From positions 1-29,867 of IMG/VR virus record IMGVR_UViG_3300033149_002886: DNA of 29,867 nucleotides; one strand, written 5' to 3'. Of the stretch, positions 8,213-16,312 are shown one piece after another. Each line of letters starts with the position of its first letter. Positions within the stretch are counted from its first letter, which is position 1. A program made the translations under genes and the position numbers. Below the pieces are notes generated by a model. That model had not been told where the DNA came from and ran no database searches. It saw only the letters and a program-made list of their open reading frames with translations. The DNA comes from a virus. Taxonomy: Duplodnaviria > Caudoviricetes.

Positions 8213-8462
8213 CTTTCTTCTCTCCTTTCTTATATCTCAGCCTCAGCCACTTTCCATTCCCCTTATTAACATACAGCTTATCTCCGACCATTAAGTAATC
8301 ATAGCCAGGTCCCATCTTCATCATAGCCCTTTTAATCTCCTCAGAAGCTACTTCTCCCTTATACTGATGCTCAACAGCAGGTTCTCGTTGAGATAGGATT
8401 AAGGCAGCCGTTAGGGCTGGAGCCAAGATAATTAAAATTTTTAACCATCTAGTCAAGCACAT
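8202..8462 (-). CDS. hypothetical protein with N-terminal membrane anchor
   Basis: LKILIILAPALTAALIL hydrophobic segment. Start uncertain. Confidence 0.55.
   Translation of the reverse strand: MCLTRWLKILIILAPALTAALILSQREPAVEHQYKGEVASEEIKRAMMKMGPGYDYLMVGDKLYVNKGNGKWLRLRYKKGEKKDDK
8426..8450. repeat. 25-bp palindromic site, copy 3
   Basis: AGATAATTAAAATTTTTAACCATCT. Overlaps the stop of 8449..8745 and the first codons of the next gene. Confidence 0.9.
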
Positions 8463-8745
8463 GATTTCTCTCCACATAACTCCCATTTTTGTAAAGAAGC
8501 AAGTTCAGCGTTCCATGCTTGTGAGCGAACACTGCACAAGCCAGTGAGTTCATGACATTTAGAGAGCAGAGGAGGATATAATCACTGGATTTTGAATTTG
8601 CTAGCGAATCTTTAAACTTCCTAATCATATCGTTAGTACTAAACCTATTCATTCTCCCTTCAGTCATAAACACTAGTTCACCAAACTTCTCCGCAGCACT
8701 GAAGTTGTGGGAGCTCTTGTTTACCACATAAACCTTGGTATCCAT
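8449..8745 (-). CDS. hypothetical phage protein
   Basis: KVYVVN.S.H.FS.AE.FGEL; alpha/beta pattern. Confidence 0.75.
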   Translation of the reverse strand: MDTKVYVVNKSSHNFSAAEKFGELVFMTEGRMNRFSTNDMIRKFKDSLANSKSSDYILLCSLNVMNSLACAVFAHKHGTLNLLLYKNGSYVERNHVLD

Positions 8746-8773
8746 CTTTCACAGATCCTTTCATACGAACTCC

Positions 8774-9085
8774 TTACGTAGATGAAGTTTCCAGACCCTT
8801 TAGTATTCCAGCTGGAGCTGTGGATTTTAGGATAGAGGAGTCCCTCCTGTCACCTGGGCCTTTGATAGATTTATCAGGTTCAGGTTGAGCGAGGGAGGGT
8901 TCACCTAGGTCCTTTAGACCTTCGATTACCTCTAGCACAGTAGACTTGTTGTCAGGGGTTTCTTTGACAGCGAAGCCTTCGCATTCGTGAGGGTCGATGA
9001 GGTCTAGGATATGGCCCTTTTTGGGTATAGCTCTTCGAGTATGGACAAGTTCAATTCCGCACTTTGAGCAATAGAATTTGCGCAT
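8774..9085 (-). CDS. Zn-finger hypothetical protein
   Basis: CSKC...H.C. Confidence 0.65.
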   Translation of the reverse strand: MRKFYCSKCGIELVHTRRAIPKKGHILDLIDPHECEGFAVKETPDNKSTVLEVIEGLKDLGEPSLAQPEPDKSIKGPGDRRDSSILKSTAPAGILKGLETSST

Positions 9086-9089
9086 CTTT

Positions 9090-9233
9090 TTAGTCCTCCA
9101 AGTATCTTTCTATGAACTCTGCGTACACTTCTTCTATGAATAGTTCAAGTTCTCTCTTGCCCCATGAGGTCTTCCGGTGAGCCCTGAGAACTTCCCGTAG
9201 ATGGTCTTTGAAATCTCTTGCAGACGGTTTCAT
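9090..9233 (-). CDS. small hypothetical protein
   Basis: MKPSARDF... start overlaps the HIRAN stop (ATGA). Confidence 0.55.
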   Translation of the reverse strand: MKPSARDFKDHLREVLRAHRKTSWGKRELELFIEEVYAEFIERYLED

Positions 9234-9559
9234 TGCTCGTCCCCTCCCACAAATATAGCAACCTTCAACTGCTTCCAAGGTTTCTCATCAGGATTTACCT
9301 CAGTGACGAGACATTGAGGAGTGTCAGTTTCAACTGCAGCTGAGATAGTTGCTGACAATTTAGCTGGTACATAGCCAACCATGAAAGTTTTATCTTGATT
9401 AAGAGATTGGAACTCCAGTCTGACAGCATTAGGATCGAATTTGTTAGTCGGTTCGAGAGTCATTGAGAGGTTGGTTCCCTCTTCTATTTCTTCGATGCAC
9501 TTGTGGAGTTCGTGGAACTTTACTCCTGCTACATAGAATTCGTAGTCAGCTTCTTTCAT
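9230..9559 (-). CDS. HIRAN domain protein
   Basis: FYVAGVKF, L..EPTNKFDPNAV and VGYVP motifs. Confidence 0.88.
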   Translation of the reverse strand: MKEADYEFYVAGVKFHELHKCIEEIEEGTNLSMTLEPTNKFDPNAVRLEFQSLNQDKTFMVGYVPAKLSATISAAVETDTPQCLVTEVNPDEKPWKQLKVAIFVGGDEQ

Positions 9560-10410
9560 CTTATTTCTCCTTCCTTATCAAGAATTTCTACAAAAACAGG
9601 AAAGCGTGGAACTTTCTTTCCTGAAGTTAAGTGTTGATACTTGACCCTAGCATATCTACCGATAAGCGAATCTCTATCTCTCCAAAGTTCATATCTTTGA
9701 TCTCTGGTAAATCCAGTGCCGACTGAGAACTTGCTTCCATCGCCTGATTTACACCATAGAGATCCAAGAGTACCCTTGGGTCTTCCTTTGACAGATATTT
9801 CTTCCTCGAATCCAACGATCTCATAAACATCCTCCTTTTTAGGTTTAAATTTCATAATCCAAGTTGAGCGCTTACGCTCGTAAGGAGCATCTCGATGACG
9901 GACTATGATTCCCTCGTAGCCCTTTCTGATGATGTAGTCGTAAGTTCTCATTATGTCATCTAGTGAGCCGCACAACCAGAACGGAGATACTTGGATGATC
10001 GGCCTGAGGTGCTGGAGGGAGTTGATGAAGATGAGGCGCTCAGTTTGAGGATCGCTATTAATGACATCGAAGCAGTGGAATTGGATGAGTCTGTGGTCAG
10101 GATGGAGGTTGACTGTGCGAGAGGTGATTGAGAATACTTCTTCAAAACTCATTCCGTGACAATAGAGTTCACCGTCAAGCTCAAAGTTGACCTTTGCATC
10201 CTTTAGAGTCTGATTGATGTGAGGAACAGAGAAGATAGGGTTTTCTTCGCTTGAGAGGAGTAGGAAATCTCCGTTGTCGAGAGGGACAGCCCTACACCTA
10301 ACTCCATCATATTTAGGTTGGACGATGAAAGGAGGTTTCCATTTGAGGAGACGCTTTTCCTCAAAAGGCACAGCTTTCATTATATTCTTCCATCTTTGCC
10401 ACTTGCTCAT
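9556..10410 (-). CDS. ATP-dependent DNA ligase
   Basis: QPKYDGVR (motif I), LDGELY, FD, EGIIVR, KFK, VGTGF and PRFPVF. Confidence 0.95.
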   Translation of the reverse strand: MSKWQRWKNIMKAVPFEEKRLLKWKPPFIVQPKYDGVRCRAVPLDNGDFLLLSSEENPIFSVPHINQTLKDAKVNFELDGELYCHGMSFEEVFSITSRTVNLHPDHRLIQFHCFDVINSDPQTERLIFINSLQHLRPIIQVSPFWLCGSLDDIMRTYDYIIRKGYEGIIVRHRDAPYERKRSTWIMKFKPKKEDVYEIVGFEEEISVKGRPKGTLGSLWCKSGDGSKFSVGTGFTRDQRYELWRDRDSLIGRYARVKYQHLTSGKKVPRFPVFVEILDKEGEIR

Positions 10411-10844
10411 TATTCATCTCCACAATCTATGAAGTACTCCATCTCAGGCACTTCGACACTGACTGTTTCTTGCTTTGTCGTCATCCTCCCAGTAGGGACA
10501 GCAATGATCCTGCATGAGTTGGTAGGTTTTGCGTAGACGGTGATGTAGATGGTTCTTCCATCCCTCGTCAGGGATGTCGAGTAACTAACCGCACTGCTTG
10601 CTATTGTCCTTTCCCACCTAACATTAAGTCTTTCGGAGAGGGAAGGAAGGATTTTTTCTTCGAAGGTTTCTAGGTCATTGGTGGAGAGATAGAGGAACGA
10701 GCTGAGCTCGTAAACATTCCCTGTGATGCTAGATCTGAGCTCGGGGCCTAGAAGTTCAAGGATGGATTCAGTGATTTTTTCTGTCTTTACTGTTTCCCTA
10801 TATCCCTTAGCTCTTTCTTTCAGCCTCTCTTTTAACGGCTTCAT
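10410..10844 (-). CDS. hypothetical protein
   Basis: MKPLKERL after GGAG. Stop is coupled to the ligase start. Confidence 0.7.
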   Translation of the reverse strand: MKPLKERLKERAKGYRETVKTEKITESILELLGPELRSSITGNVYELSSFLYLSTNDLETFEEKILPSLSERLNVRWERTIASSAVSYSTSLTRDGRTIYITVYAKPTNSCRIIAVPTGRMTTKQETVSVEVPEMEYFIDCGDE

Positions 10845-10867
10845 TCTTATTCTCCTTTTTTTCAAAA

Positions 10868-10892
10868 AGATAATTAAATAATTTAATCATCT
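10868..10892. repeat. 25-bp palindromic site, copy 4
   Basis: AGATAATTAAATAATTTAATCATCT (consensus form), intergenic. Confidence 0.95.
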
Positions 10893-10926
10893 TTTCATAG
10901 CTCATCTCTGAACATTTAATCTCCAG

Positions 10927-10959
10927 AAAAACCCTGGGAGGCGGCTGAACCTCCCAGGG
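10927..10959 (-). terminator. intrinsic terminator
   Basis: 10-bp stem CCCTGGGAGG/CCTCCCAGGG followed by a U5 tract on the minus strand, downstream of 10978..11343. Confidence 0.85.
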
Positions 10960-10977
10960 AATCAGGAGGAGGTGAAG

Positions 10978-11343
10978 TTACGCAGCAAGCTCTTGTAACT
11001 TCTTCATCATGGCCTTGCGCTCAGCTGGAGAAGCAGCCTGGTACTTTGCCAGGAATGCAGCTTCGGGGTCAGCTGCAGCCTTCTGAATTTTCACTCCCAT
11101 CTTTGCCTCTCCTAGTCTGGCTTGGAGTTGCTCTTGAGTTTCACCCCTGCGCAGTCCTGATCTGATGGCGCTTTGAAGAGTGACATCCCAGTTGCTCGAA
11201 GCGTTGCTTCTGACAGCAGCATCTCCGAACATCTTGATTTGCTCCTCGGCGGTCTCGCCATCTGTGATAGTGATGGATGCAACTTTCTCAGGCTGTCCAT
11301 CCTTCGCAGGAACCCTTGCTGTTACTGTTCTTTTTACTGGCAT
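10978..11343 (-). CDS. hypothetical early protein
   Basis: 121 aa, strong RBS, own promoter and terminator. Confidence 0.8.
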   Translation of the reverse strand: MPVKRTVTARVPAKDGQPEKVASITITDGETAEEQIKMFGDAAVRSNASSNWDVTLQSAIRSGLRRGETQEQLQARLGEAKMGVKIQKAAADPEAAFLAKYQAASPAERKAMMKKLQELAA

Positions 11344-11372
11344 ACTTTTCTCCTTTCTATTAGAGGTTAACG

Positions 11373-11412
11373 AAAAAGGGAACCACTGCTATATTTCAAG
11401 CAGTGATTCCCT
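11373..11412 (-). terminator. terminator-like hairpin in a leader region
   Basis: AGGGAA.CACTGCT / AGCAGTG.TTCCCT stem followed by a U tract on the minus strand. Confidence 0.7.
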
Positions 11413-11455
11413 GACCAATGTTGCTTTTGCATCTTCTCTTACCATTATGTTCCGT

Positions 11456-11484
11456 ATTATGGCATAACTATTGTTAATTGTCAA
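11456..11484 (-). promoter_or_regulatory. sigma70-type promoter
   Basis: TTGACA-17 bp-CATAAT with extended TG and upstream A-tracts (UP-element-like). Confidence 0.7.
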
Positions 11485-11519
11485 TACATTTTTTTGTACA
11501 TTTTTCGCCACTTGACAAA

Positions 11520-11681
11520 TCAATCTTCAAAGGTTATCTTGATCTGTTTTAAAGGTACACCCTTTGGCCTCGAGATTCGCTGTGGGATGTAGATGACAAG
11601 GTCACCAGTTGAATCCTCATAGCGATCTCCACCTGCTTTGCGAGCAGGTCGCTTGAGTTCCAAGGTCTCAGTTACTTTCAT
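11520..11681 (-). CDS. small hypothetical protein (53 aa)
   Basis: Manual translation MKVTETLELKRPARKAGGDRYED...ITFED*, with GGAGGTG RBS. Below the ORF-track cutoff. Confidence 0.7.
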   Translation of the reverse strand: MKVTETLELKRPARKAGGDRYEDSTGDLVIYIPQRISRPKGVPLKQIKITFED

Positions 11682-11702
11682 TGAATTCACCTCCTTTCTG
11701 AG

Positions 11703-11897
11703 TTAATTATCTTCCTTCACTACCTTGACGCTGAGTTCGACTGCCACTGCGTCTCCGTTAAATCTATCAGAAATAGCATCCTTCATTGCTTTCTCAAGTT
11801 CCTTTACAAAGATCTCCTTCCCTAGAAACCTCACGGCTGGAGCGAGCCACTGGGAATCTAGGAAAGTAACACTGCCAGTAAAGAATAGATGCTTCAT
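11703..11897 (-). CDS. hypothetical protein
   Basis: Coupled to the upstream ORF; GGAGG RBS. Confidence 0.6.
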   Translation of the reverse strand: MKHLFFTGSVTFLDSQWLAPAVRFLGKEIFVKELEKAMKDAISDRFNGDAVAVELSVKVVKEDN

Positions 11898-12202
11898 TCA
11901 TTACCTCCCTCTAATTCTTCAAGGACCTTTCGAAGTTGATCCTTGGAAAGCTTGTTAATAAGATGAAGACCATCGGCTAGATCTTCTGCCCTCTTGCCCA
12001 GTGGGAAAGTTTTCACTTTCTCTGCCAGCGCAAGTGTTCGATCTGCTACTTCATATCGGGACTTCCATCTTCGATGGATGGCTTCATAGGATTGTAGGAT
12101 TTTGCGGAGCTGCACTACAGTGCTCCACACTTCCCTGCATCTAGTTGCTGCCTCTGCCTTTTGACGGAGGAGGTCGGCTTTTTCTTCTTCTGTGAGTTTC
12201 AT
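11894..12202 (-). CDS. coiled-coil hypothetical protein
   Basis: 102 aa, GGAGG RBS. Confidence 0.7.
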   Translation of the reverse strand: MKLTEEEKADLLRQKAEAATRCREVWSTVVQLRKILQSYEAIHRRWKSRYEVADRTLALAEKVKTFPLGKRAEDLADGLHLINKLSKDQLRKVLEELEGGNE

Positions 12203-12214
12203 CTGCTACCTCCT

Positions 12215-12400
12215 TTAGTTAACTGGTAGGACAAATTCTACGCTTCCGCCGCACTGACACTTTACATAGATGACAGTGCGATACTCGGGCTCGTTATATC
12301 TTTGTGCGGATACCTCTATAACCCTCCCACACTTCACGCACTTGCTGCGATAGGTTTGTGCGAACTCCTTGCCAAAGTCGTATAGGTCTCTGAAGTCCAT
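12215..12400 (-). CDS. Zn-ribbon protein
   Basis: CVKC...CQC with GGAGG RBS. Confidence 0.7.
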   Translation of the reverse strand: MDFRDLYDFGKEFAQTYRSKCVKCGRVIEVSAQRYNEPEYRTVIYVKCQCGGSVEFVLPVN

Positions 12401-12413
12401 TTCTTCCCTCCTG

Positions 12414-12438
12414 AGTTAATTAAATAATTTAATCATCT
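12414..12438. repeat. 25-bp palindromic site, copy 5
   Basis: AGTTAATTAAATAATTTAATCATCT. Contains the TGA stop of 12433..12723. Confidence 0.95.
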
Positions 12439-12723
12439 CCAAATGTAGTTACCATTCTCCAACTGCCACCCGACAGCGGTTACCTTGTCAAGATCCCCGA
12501 CTAACTCCTGACACACTTTCAAGTGAGTCGCTGGAGGAGGCATTGATCTTATACCTCCACCTACCAACCTCACACAGACCGCTATTACTCGTCCGCAGTG
12601 CTCTTTGATAACCCGAGGACGGATGCCGTAGTGGATGCGAGGTTTCTCACTCTTATAAACCCTGCAGCGATAAGGTGTCGAGGGTCTAATGAGTGAGATT
12701 TTGTGACCTAAGATAGTTATCAT
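12433..12723 (-). CDS. hypothetical protein
   Basis: 96 aa, coupled start. Confidence 0.65.
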   Translation of the reverse strand: MITILGHKISLIRPSTPYRCRVYKSEKPRIHYGIRPRVIKEHCGRVIAVCVRLVGGGIRSMPPPATHLKVCQELVGDLDKVTAVGWQLENGNYIWR

Positions 12724-12869
12724 TTCTTCATCTCCTCTCTCAAAAGTACCTCTGTTGCTTTGCCAACGATCTTCCTCTCCGACATGGAGAGTTTTCTAAC
12801 TCCCATGTTGTGGCTCGCTATGCGGATAGACATTCTCCGCAGAACTCGCCTAGCAATCTTAGGTTTCAT
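12720..12869 (-). CDS. small basic hypothetical protein (49 aa)
   Basis: Manual translation MKPKIARRVLRRMSIRIASHN...EEMKK*. Fills the gap between neighbours, with ATGA coupling. Confidence 0.55.
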   Translation of the reverse strand: MKPKIARRVLRRMSIRIASHNMGVRKLSMSERKIVGKATEVLLREEMKK

Positions 12870-13149
12870 AACTTATCTCCTTCTTCAGGTATTGCATCTC
12901 TCCTGCTTCCTCAGCCCACTCTGCCCAAGGTTCCTCAATTGAGGGCTGGCTCATCAACCCCCTAATCATCGAAGTATGCCAGCACTTCTTATGAAACTTC
13001 GCACCTGGACAGTTACAGTGAAAAAGACCGGAGCGCCCAACTGCAATATAACTGAGCACTCCGGCCTTAGTAATTTCGATTACCTGAGCTAATTCAAGCA
13101 AACGAAACTCGTATTGAATATTTCTTCTGTTAACCACGAGAATCTTCAT
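12859..13149 (-). CDS. SWIM zinc-finger protein
   Basis: CNCPGAKFHKKCWH matches CxC-x(n)-CxH. Confidence 0.8.
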   Translation of the reverse strand: MKILVVNRRNIQYEFRLLELAQVIEITKAGVLSYIAVGRSGLFHCNCPGAKFHKKCWHTSMIRGLMSQPSIEEPWAEWAEEAGEMQYLKKEISYET

Positions 13150-13150
13150 C

Positions 13151-13360
13151 CTACCTATATGGGTATTCTACTGATGCCCATGCTCCTCTGCAGAGGTGTA
13201 TTACTCTGCCATACTCCTCCAGCGCTGAGAGAGTTGCACTCAATTGGTTTCTTGTGAGGCCTGGAAACTGTTTCCGTAAGCGTGAGTACATATCCTTCAT
13301 CCACATGTCAGTTTCCTCATCTAGTAATTCTAAAACTGCTCTTGTTAAACCTCTATTCAT
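13151..13360 (-). CDS. winged-helix DNA-binding protein
   Basis: MNRGLTRAVLELL...LSATLSALEEYGRV....RGAW is wHTH-like. GAGGTG RBS. Confidence 0.6.
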   Translation of the reverse strand: MNRGLTRAVLELLDEETDMWMKDMYSRLRKQFPGLTRNQLSATLSALEEYGRVIHLCRGAWASVEYPYR

Positions 13361-13447
13361 TTCATCACCTCCTCTCATTTTAAATTCACGTGCATCATAA
13401 CACATTCGTGTCCGTGTGTCAATAACTTTTAGTGCTGAAAACGAACC

Positions 13448-13472
13448 AGATAATTAAATTATTTAATCATCT
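13448..13472. repeat. 25-bp palindromic site, copy 6
   Basis: AGATAATTAAATTATTTAATCATCT. Contains the stop of 13463..14215. Confidence 0.95.
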
Positions 13473-14215
13473 ACCTCAACCACTCCACTAGCATCAGCAA
13501 CCTCTGACGTCAGATTCATCTCTGCCAACTTCGCATCCTCCTCCCTAATCCTCTCAATCTCCCTAGCAACTTCCTCCTCACTCTTCGACCTGATCTTACT
13601 ATTAGTTACATTGCTACTGGTGGTAGGTGAACCACTTCGTGGCTGAGGGCCTCTATCACTACTATCCCTGGGCACAACTACTCCATCCACAACTTTGTAA
13701 TTCTCAGCTATCCTCCTCTCCTGCTTCTTCCTCTCCTCTTCCTCTTCCAACTTTCTATAAATCTCAGCTGCCCTCTCCGCCTCCTCTCTCATCTTCTTCT
13801 CCTCTTCAATACTCATCTTACTCACCAGATCATCAATGCTCTCTCCCACTCCAGCAACCTTGCTCCTCTCTCTCCTCAAATCATCTAACGTCAAATTATG
13901 CACTAGATTCTTCACTCCTCTCCCACTTGGATTAAGATCTATCTTATACTTGCTCTGCAAAATCCTCGTGGCCTCATCAGTAAACTCTACTCTCCTCACC
14001 ATCCCCTCTCTCACCAACTTCTCAACTATCTCATCAATAGTAATCTTCACTACATCACTCAAAAATCTCGTCCCATAACCTCCTTCATCTAACCAAATAC
14101 TCAACATAGCTAACTTCCTCCTATCAACCCACGTCTGCACTAGTGCATCCCTCTTATACCTCCTCGGTCTAATCATCGACTTGCCTCTCGTACTATCCTC
14201 TTTATACTCCCTCAT
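13463..14215 (-). CDS. hypothetical early protein with charged coiled-coil C-terminus
   Basis: 250 aa, GGAGG RBS, extremely C-poor coding strand. Confidence 0.75.
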   Translation of the reverse strand: MREYKEDSTRGKSMIRPRRYKRDALVQTWVDRRKLAMLSIWLDEGGYGTRFLSDVVKITIDEIVEKLVREGMVRRVEFTDEATRILQSKYKIDLNPSGRGVKNLVHNLTLDDLRRERSKVAGVGESIDDLVSKMSIEEEKKMREEAERAAEIYRKLEEEEERKKQERRIAENYKVVDGVVVPRDSSDRGPQPRSGSPTTSSNVTNSKIRSKSEEEVAREIERIREEDAKLAEMNLTSEVADASGVVEVDD

Positions 14216-14612
14216 CTCTCTACCTCCTTCAGAAAGTTATCAGTTTCACCAACTCAATCCTTCTTGTCTTGGTTTGCACGGTCGGTATGTCTGTATGCTG
14301 TAAAACCATATTGTTATTCCATAGGAGGGCGTTATTCGCCGACATGTCAATAAGCCAATAAGCCAATAAGACATACAAAAAAAAATAAGAGAAAAAGAAC
14401 AGAACAAACACACAAAGATACATAAGCACATTACAAATTTCCAACCCGTCCCCCGTATAGCAATATAGTATTACAGCATACACGCATTACACACAATACA
14501 TAATGGACATTACCATATCTCTGTCCACGTTGTCAACGTAAAACTTTGTGTATTTCCAGAGCACTGTGAATACAGGTTGAAGGGATAAAGTGGTAGGAGA
14601 GTGAGTTAATCT

Positions 14613-14637
14613 AGATAATTAAAAAATTTAATCATCT
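14613..14637. repeat. 25-bp palindromic site, copy 7
   Basis: AGATAATTAAAAAATTTAATCATCT, intergenic. Confidence 0.95.
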
Positions 14638-14675
14638 CCAATGTTCCAAGCTCGAGTGCATAGATTGCATAGTGC

Positions 14676-14709
14676 AAAAAGAAGCCTTAGATCACTATGA
14701 CCTAAGGCT
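14676..14709 (-). terminator. intrinsic terminator
   Basis: AGCCTTAG...CTAAGGCT stem followed by TCTTTTT on the minus strand, downstream of 14746..15108. Confidence 0.8.
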
Positions 14710-14745
14710 CCTTAGTTTGGTAGACGGCAGGTGTCATTGAATAGG

Positions 14746-15108
14746 TTAATCTAGATCTGCTAATTTGTCTAGCAGTGCCTTTTTATACGCTTTCCGCTCC
14801 TCAGGTGTCATACTAGCCATTTTTGCTTTTATGGCATCCTCAGGTGGGACTTCAGGCGCTTTCGCAGGCGCTTTGAAATCCACTTTAACAACCTGATTAT
14901 TCTCCCAGGTGTCAAAGTTCTTACGGCCCTTTCCATTTTGCCACTGGATGACCGTAGCGCTCAGTGCTTTTTGGAACACGGCGCTCAACGGTACCCCGTC
15001 AAATGACACCTCAAGTGTCACTTGCTTGGAGTCCTCGGACTCCGCATGAGGTTTGATAGAACAAACCTTAGACAATTTTACACCTTTTACGATAGTCGTC
15101 AAATCCAT
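14746..15108 (-). CDS. hypothetical protein, first gene of the leftward arm
   Basis: 120 aa, GGAGG RBS, own promoter and terminator. Confidence 0.8.
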   Translation of the reverse strand: MDLTTIVKGVKLSKVCSIKPHAESEDSKQVTLEVSFDGVPLSAVFQKALSATVIQWQNGKGRKNFDTWENNQVVKVDFKAPAKAPEVPPEDAIKAKMASMTPEERKAYKKALLDKLADLD

Positions 15109-15175
15109 AACTTCCCTCCATTAATGAATTTGACACCTACCATCTACCATATTCAATTATCAAAGAACCAATTAC

Positions 15176-15203
15176 ATCATATCACACCCATGTACGTTGT
15201 CAA
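15176..15203 (-). promoter_or_regulatory. sigma70-type leftward promoter
   Basis: TTGACA-16 bp-TATGAT with extended TG. TTGACAACGT recurs on the minus strand at 14536-14527. Confidence 0.6.
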
Positions 15204-15344
15204 GCTTTTTATTTTGGAAAGGTCGAAGGGGGAAACTCGGCTCGTAGCGCGCAGGGTTAGCTCTCTCACATTTTATCAGAAGTATTTATAAATGCACAAT
15301 CATGTACGATTTCATCATCTATGACTTCGCCATCTCGGTGATTG

Positions 15345-15369
15345 AGATAATTAAATTATTTAACCAACT
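15345..15369. repeat. 25-bp palindromic site, copy 8
   Basis: AGATAATTAAATTATTTAACCAACT, 25 bp upstream of the -35 box of the rightward promoter. Confidence 0.9.
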
Positions 15370-15394
15370 ACCCGCAAATTTCCGAAGATTCACC

Positions 15395-15423
15395 TTGACA
15401 TTTCGATTGCAGAATGTTATAAT
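15395..15423 (+). promoter_or_regulatory. consensus sigma70 promoter for the rightward arm
   Basis: TTGACA-17 bp-TATAAT, perfect match with extended TG. Confidence 0.85.
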
Positions 15424-15448
15424 GGCGGTGGATAGTGAGAGGTGTAAG

Positions 15449-15988
15449 ATGAGTAATGGGATAGCAGTCGGAAAGACTCTTTATGGATTTGAGATTAGAG
15501 AGAGGGATGAGAGGAGAAATCCCGACAAGCCAAGGGACATCAAACAACTTTGGTCTCGCTCTCATGAGATCCTCAGACTCGACTCGCTTGGTTACAAAGG
15601 GAGTGAGATAGCCAAGATCCTCAATATTTCTCAGCAGACAGTTAGCAAGACGCTCACCTCTACTCTCGGACAGATTAAGAAGTCAGAATTGAGAAAAGCC
15701 AGGGACGATGAATATGAAGAACTCAGGGAGGAAATCTTAAAATTAACTAAGAAATCCCTCGAAGTCTACAATCAAATCTTAGAAAAGGAAGACGAACAGA
15801 TGAAACTGAGGAAGGACACAGCCGACACTGTCGTCCTCGAACTCTCTGGCCTCCGTGTTCCAACAAGAGTCGACTCTCGCATGATGCACATGAATGTTAC
15901 TCCTGAGGAGATTGAGGAGTTTAAACGTAGAGGCATTGAGGCTGCCAAGCAATCAGGGCAGCTGGTGGAGGTTGATAATGAGTCTTAG
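15449..15988 (+). CDS. HTH protein, probable terminase small subunit
   Basis: HEILRLDSLGYKGSEIAKILNISQQTVSKTL helix-turn-helix followed by coiled coil. First late-arm gene. Start MSNG follows GAGGTG; the longer ORF-track start overlaps the promoter. Confidence 0.65.
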   Translation: MSNGIAVGKTLYGFEIRERDERRNPDKPRDIKQLWSRSHEILRLDSLGYKGSEIAKILNISQQTVSKTLTSTLGQIKKSELRKARDDEYEELREEILKLTKKSLEVYNQILEKEDEQMKLRKDTADTVVLELSGLRVPTRVDSRMMHMNVTPEEIEEFKRRGIEAAKQSGQLVEVDNES

Positions 15989-16307
15989 GAACCAACAGAG
16001 TGAATTCACTAAGGCCCTCGGGCTGCTAATCATCTATGCCTATTCACTAGGCTACGAACTAACTCTCGGCGACACTTATCCTGGCAAGTTCAAACATAAA
16101 CAAGGTTCTTGGCACGAGAAAGGCCTAGCCATCGACATCAATCTTTTCAAAGATGGTAAGTGGCTCACTGATTGGAAAGATCACCTCCCACTCGGAATAT
16201 ACTGGGAAAAGATCGGCGGAACCTGGGGAGGAAGGTGGGATATGAAGCCTAGGAAAGAAGGCCACCAAGGCGATGGAAACCACTATTCATGGAATGAAAG
16301 GAGATAG
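15978..16307 (+). CDS. M15-family peptidase endolysin
   Basis: SWHEKGLAIDINL, WGGRW and DGNHYS motifs. Start MSLRNQQ. Confidence 0.88.
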   Translation: MSLRNQQSEFTKALGLLIIYAYSLGYELTLGDTYPGKFKHKQGSWHEKGLAIDINLFKDGKWLTDWKDHLPLGIYWEKIGGTWGGRWDMKPRKEGHQGDGNHYSWNERR

Positions 16308-16312
16308 CAGGG

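Noticed and set aside
14229-14483. Hydrophobic ORFs 14229..14483 and 14246..14431
   Set aside because: They arise from a low-complexity T/G-rich strand, overlap each other and lack a clear RBS.
15302-15448. N-terminal extension of the HTH/TerS ORF
   Set aside because: It overlaps the palindrome and the consensus promoter. ATG 15449 has the RBS.
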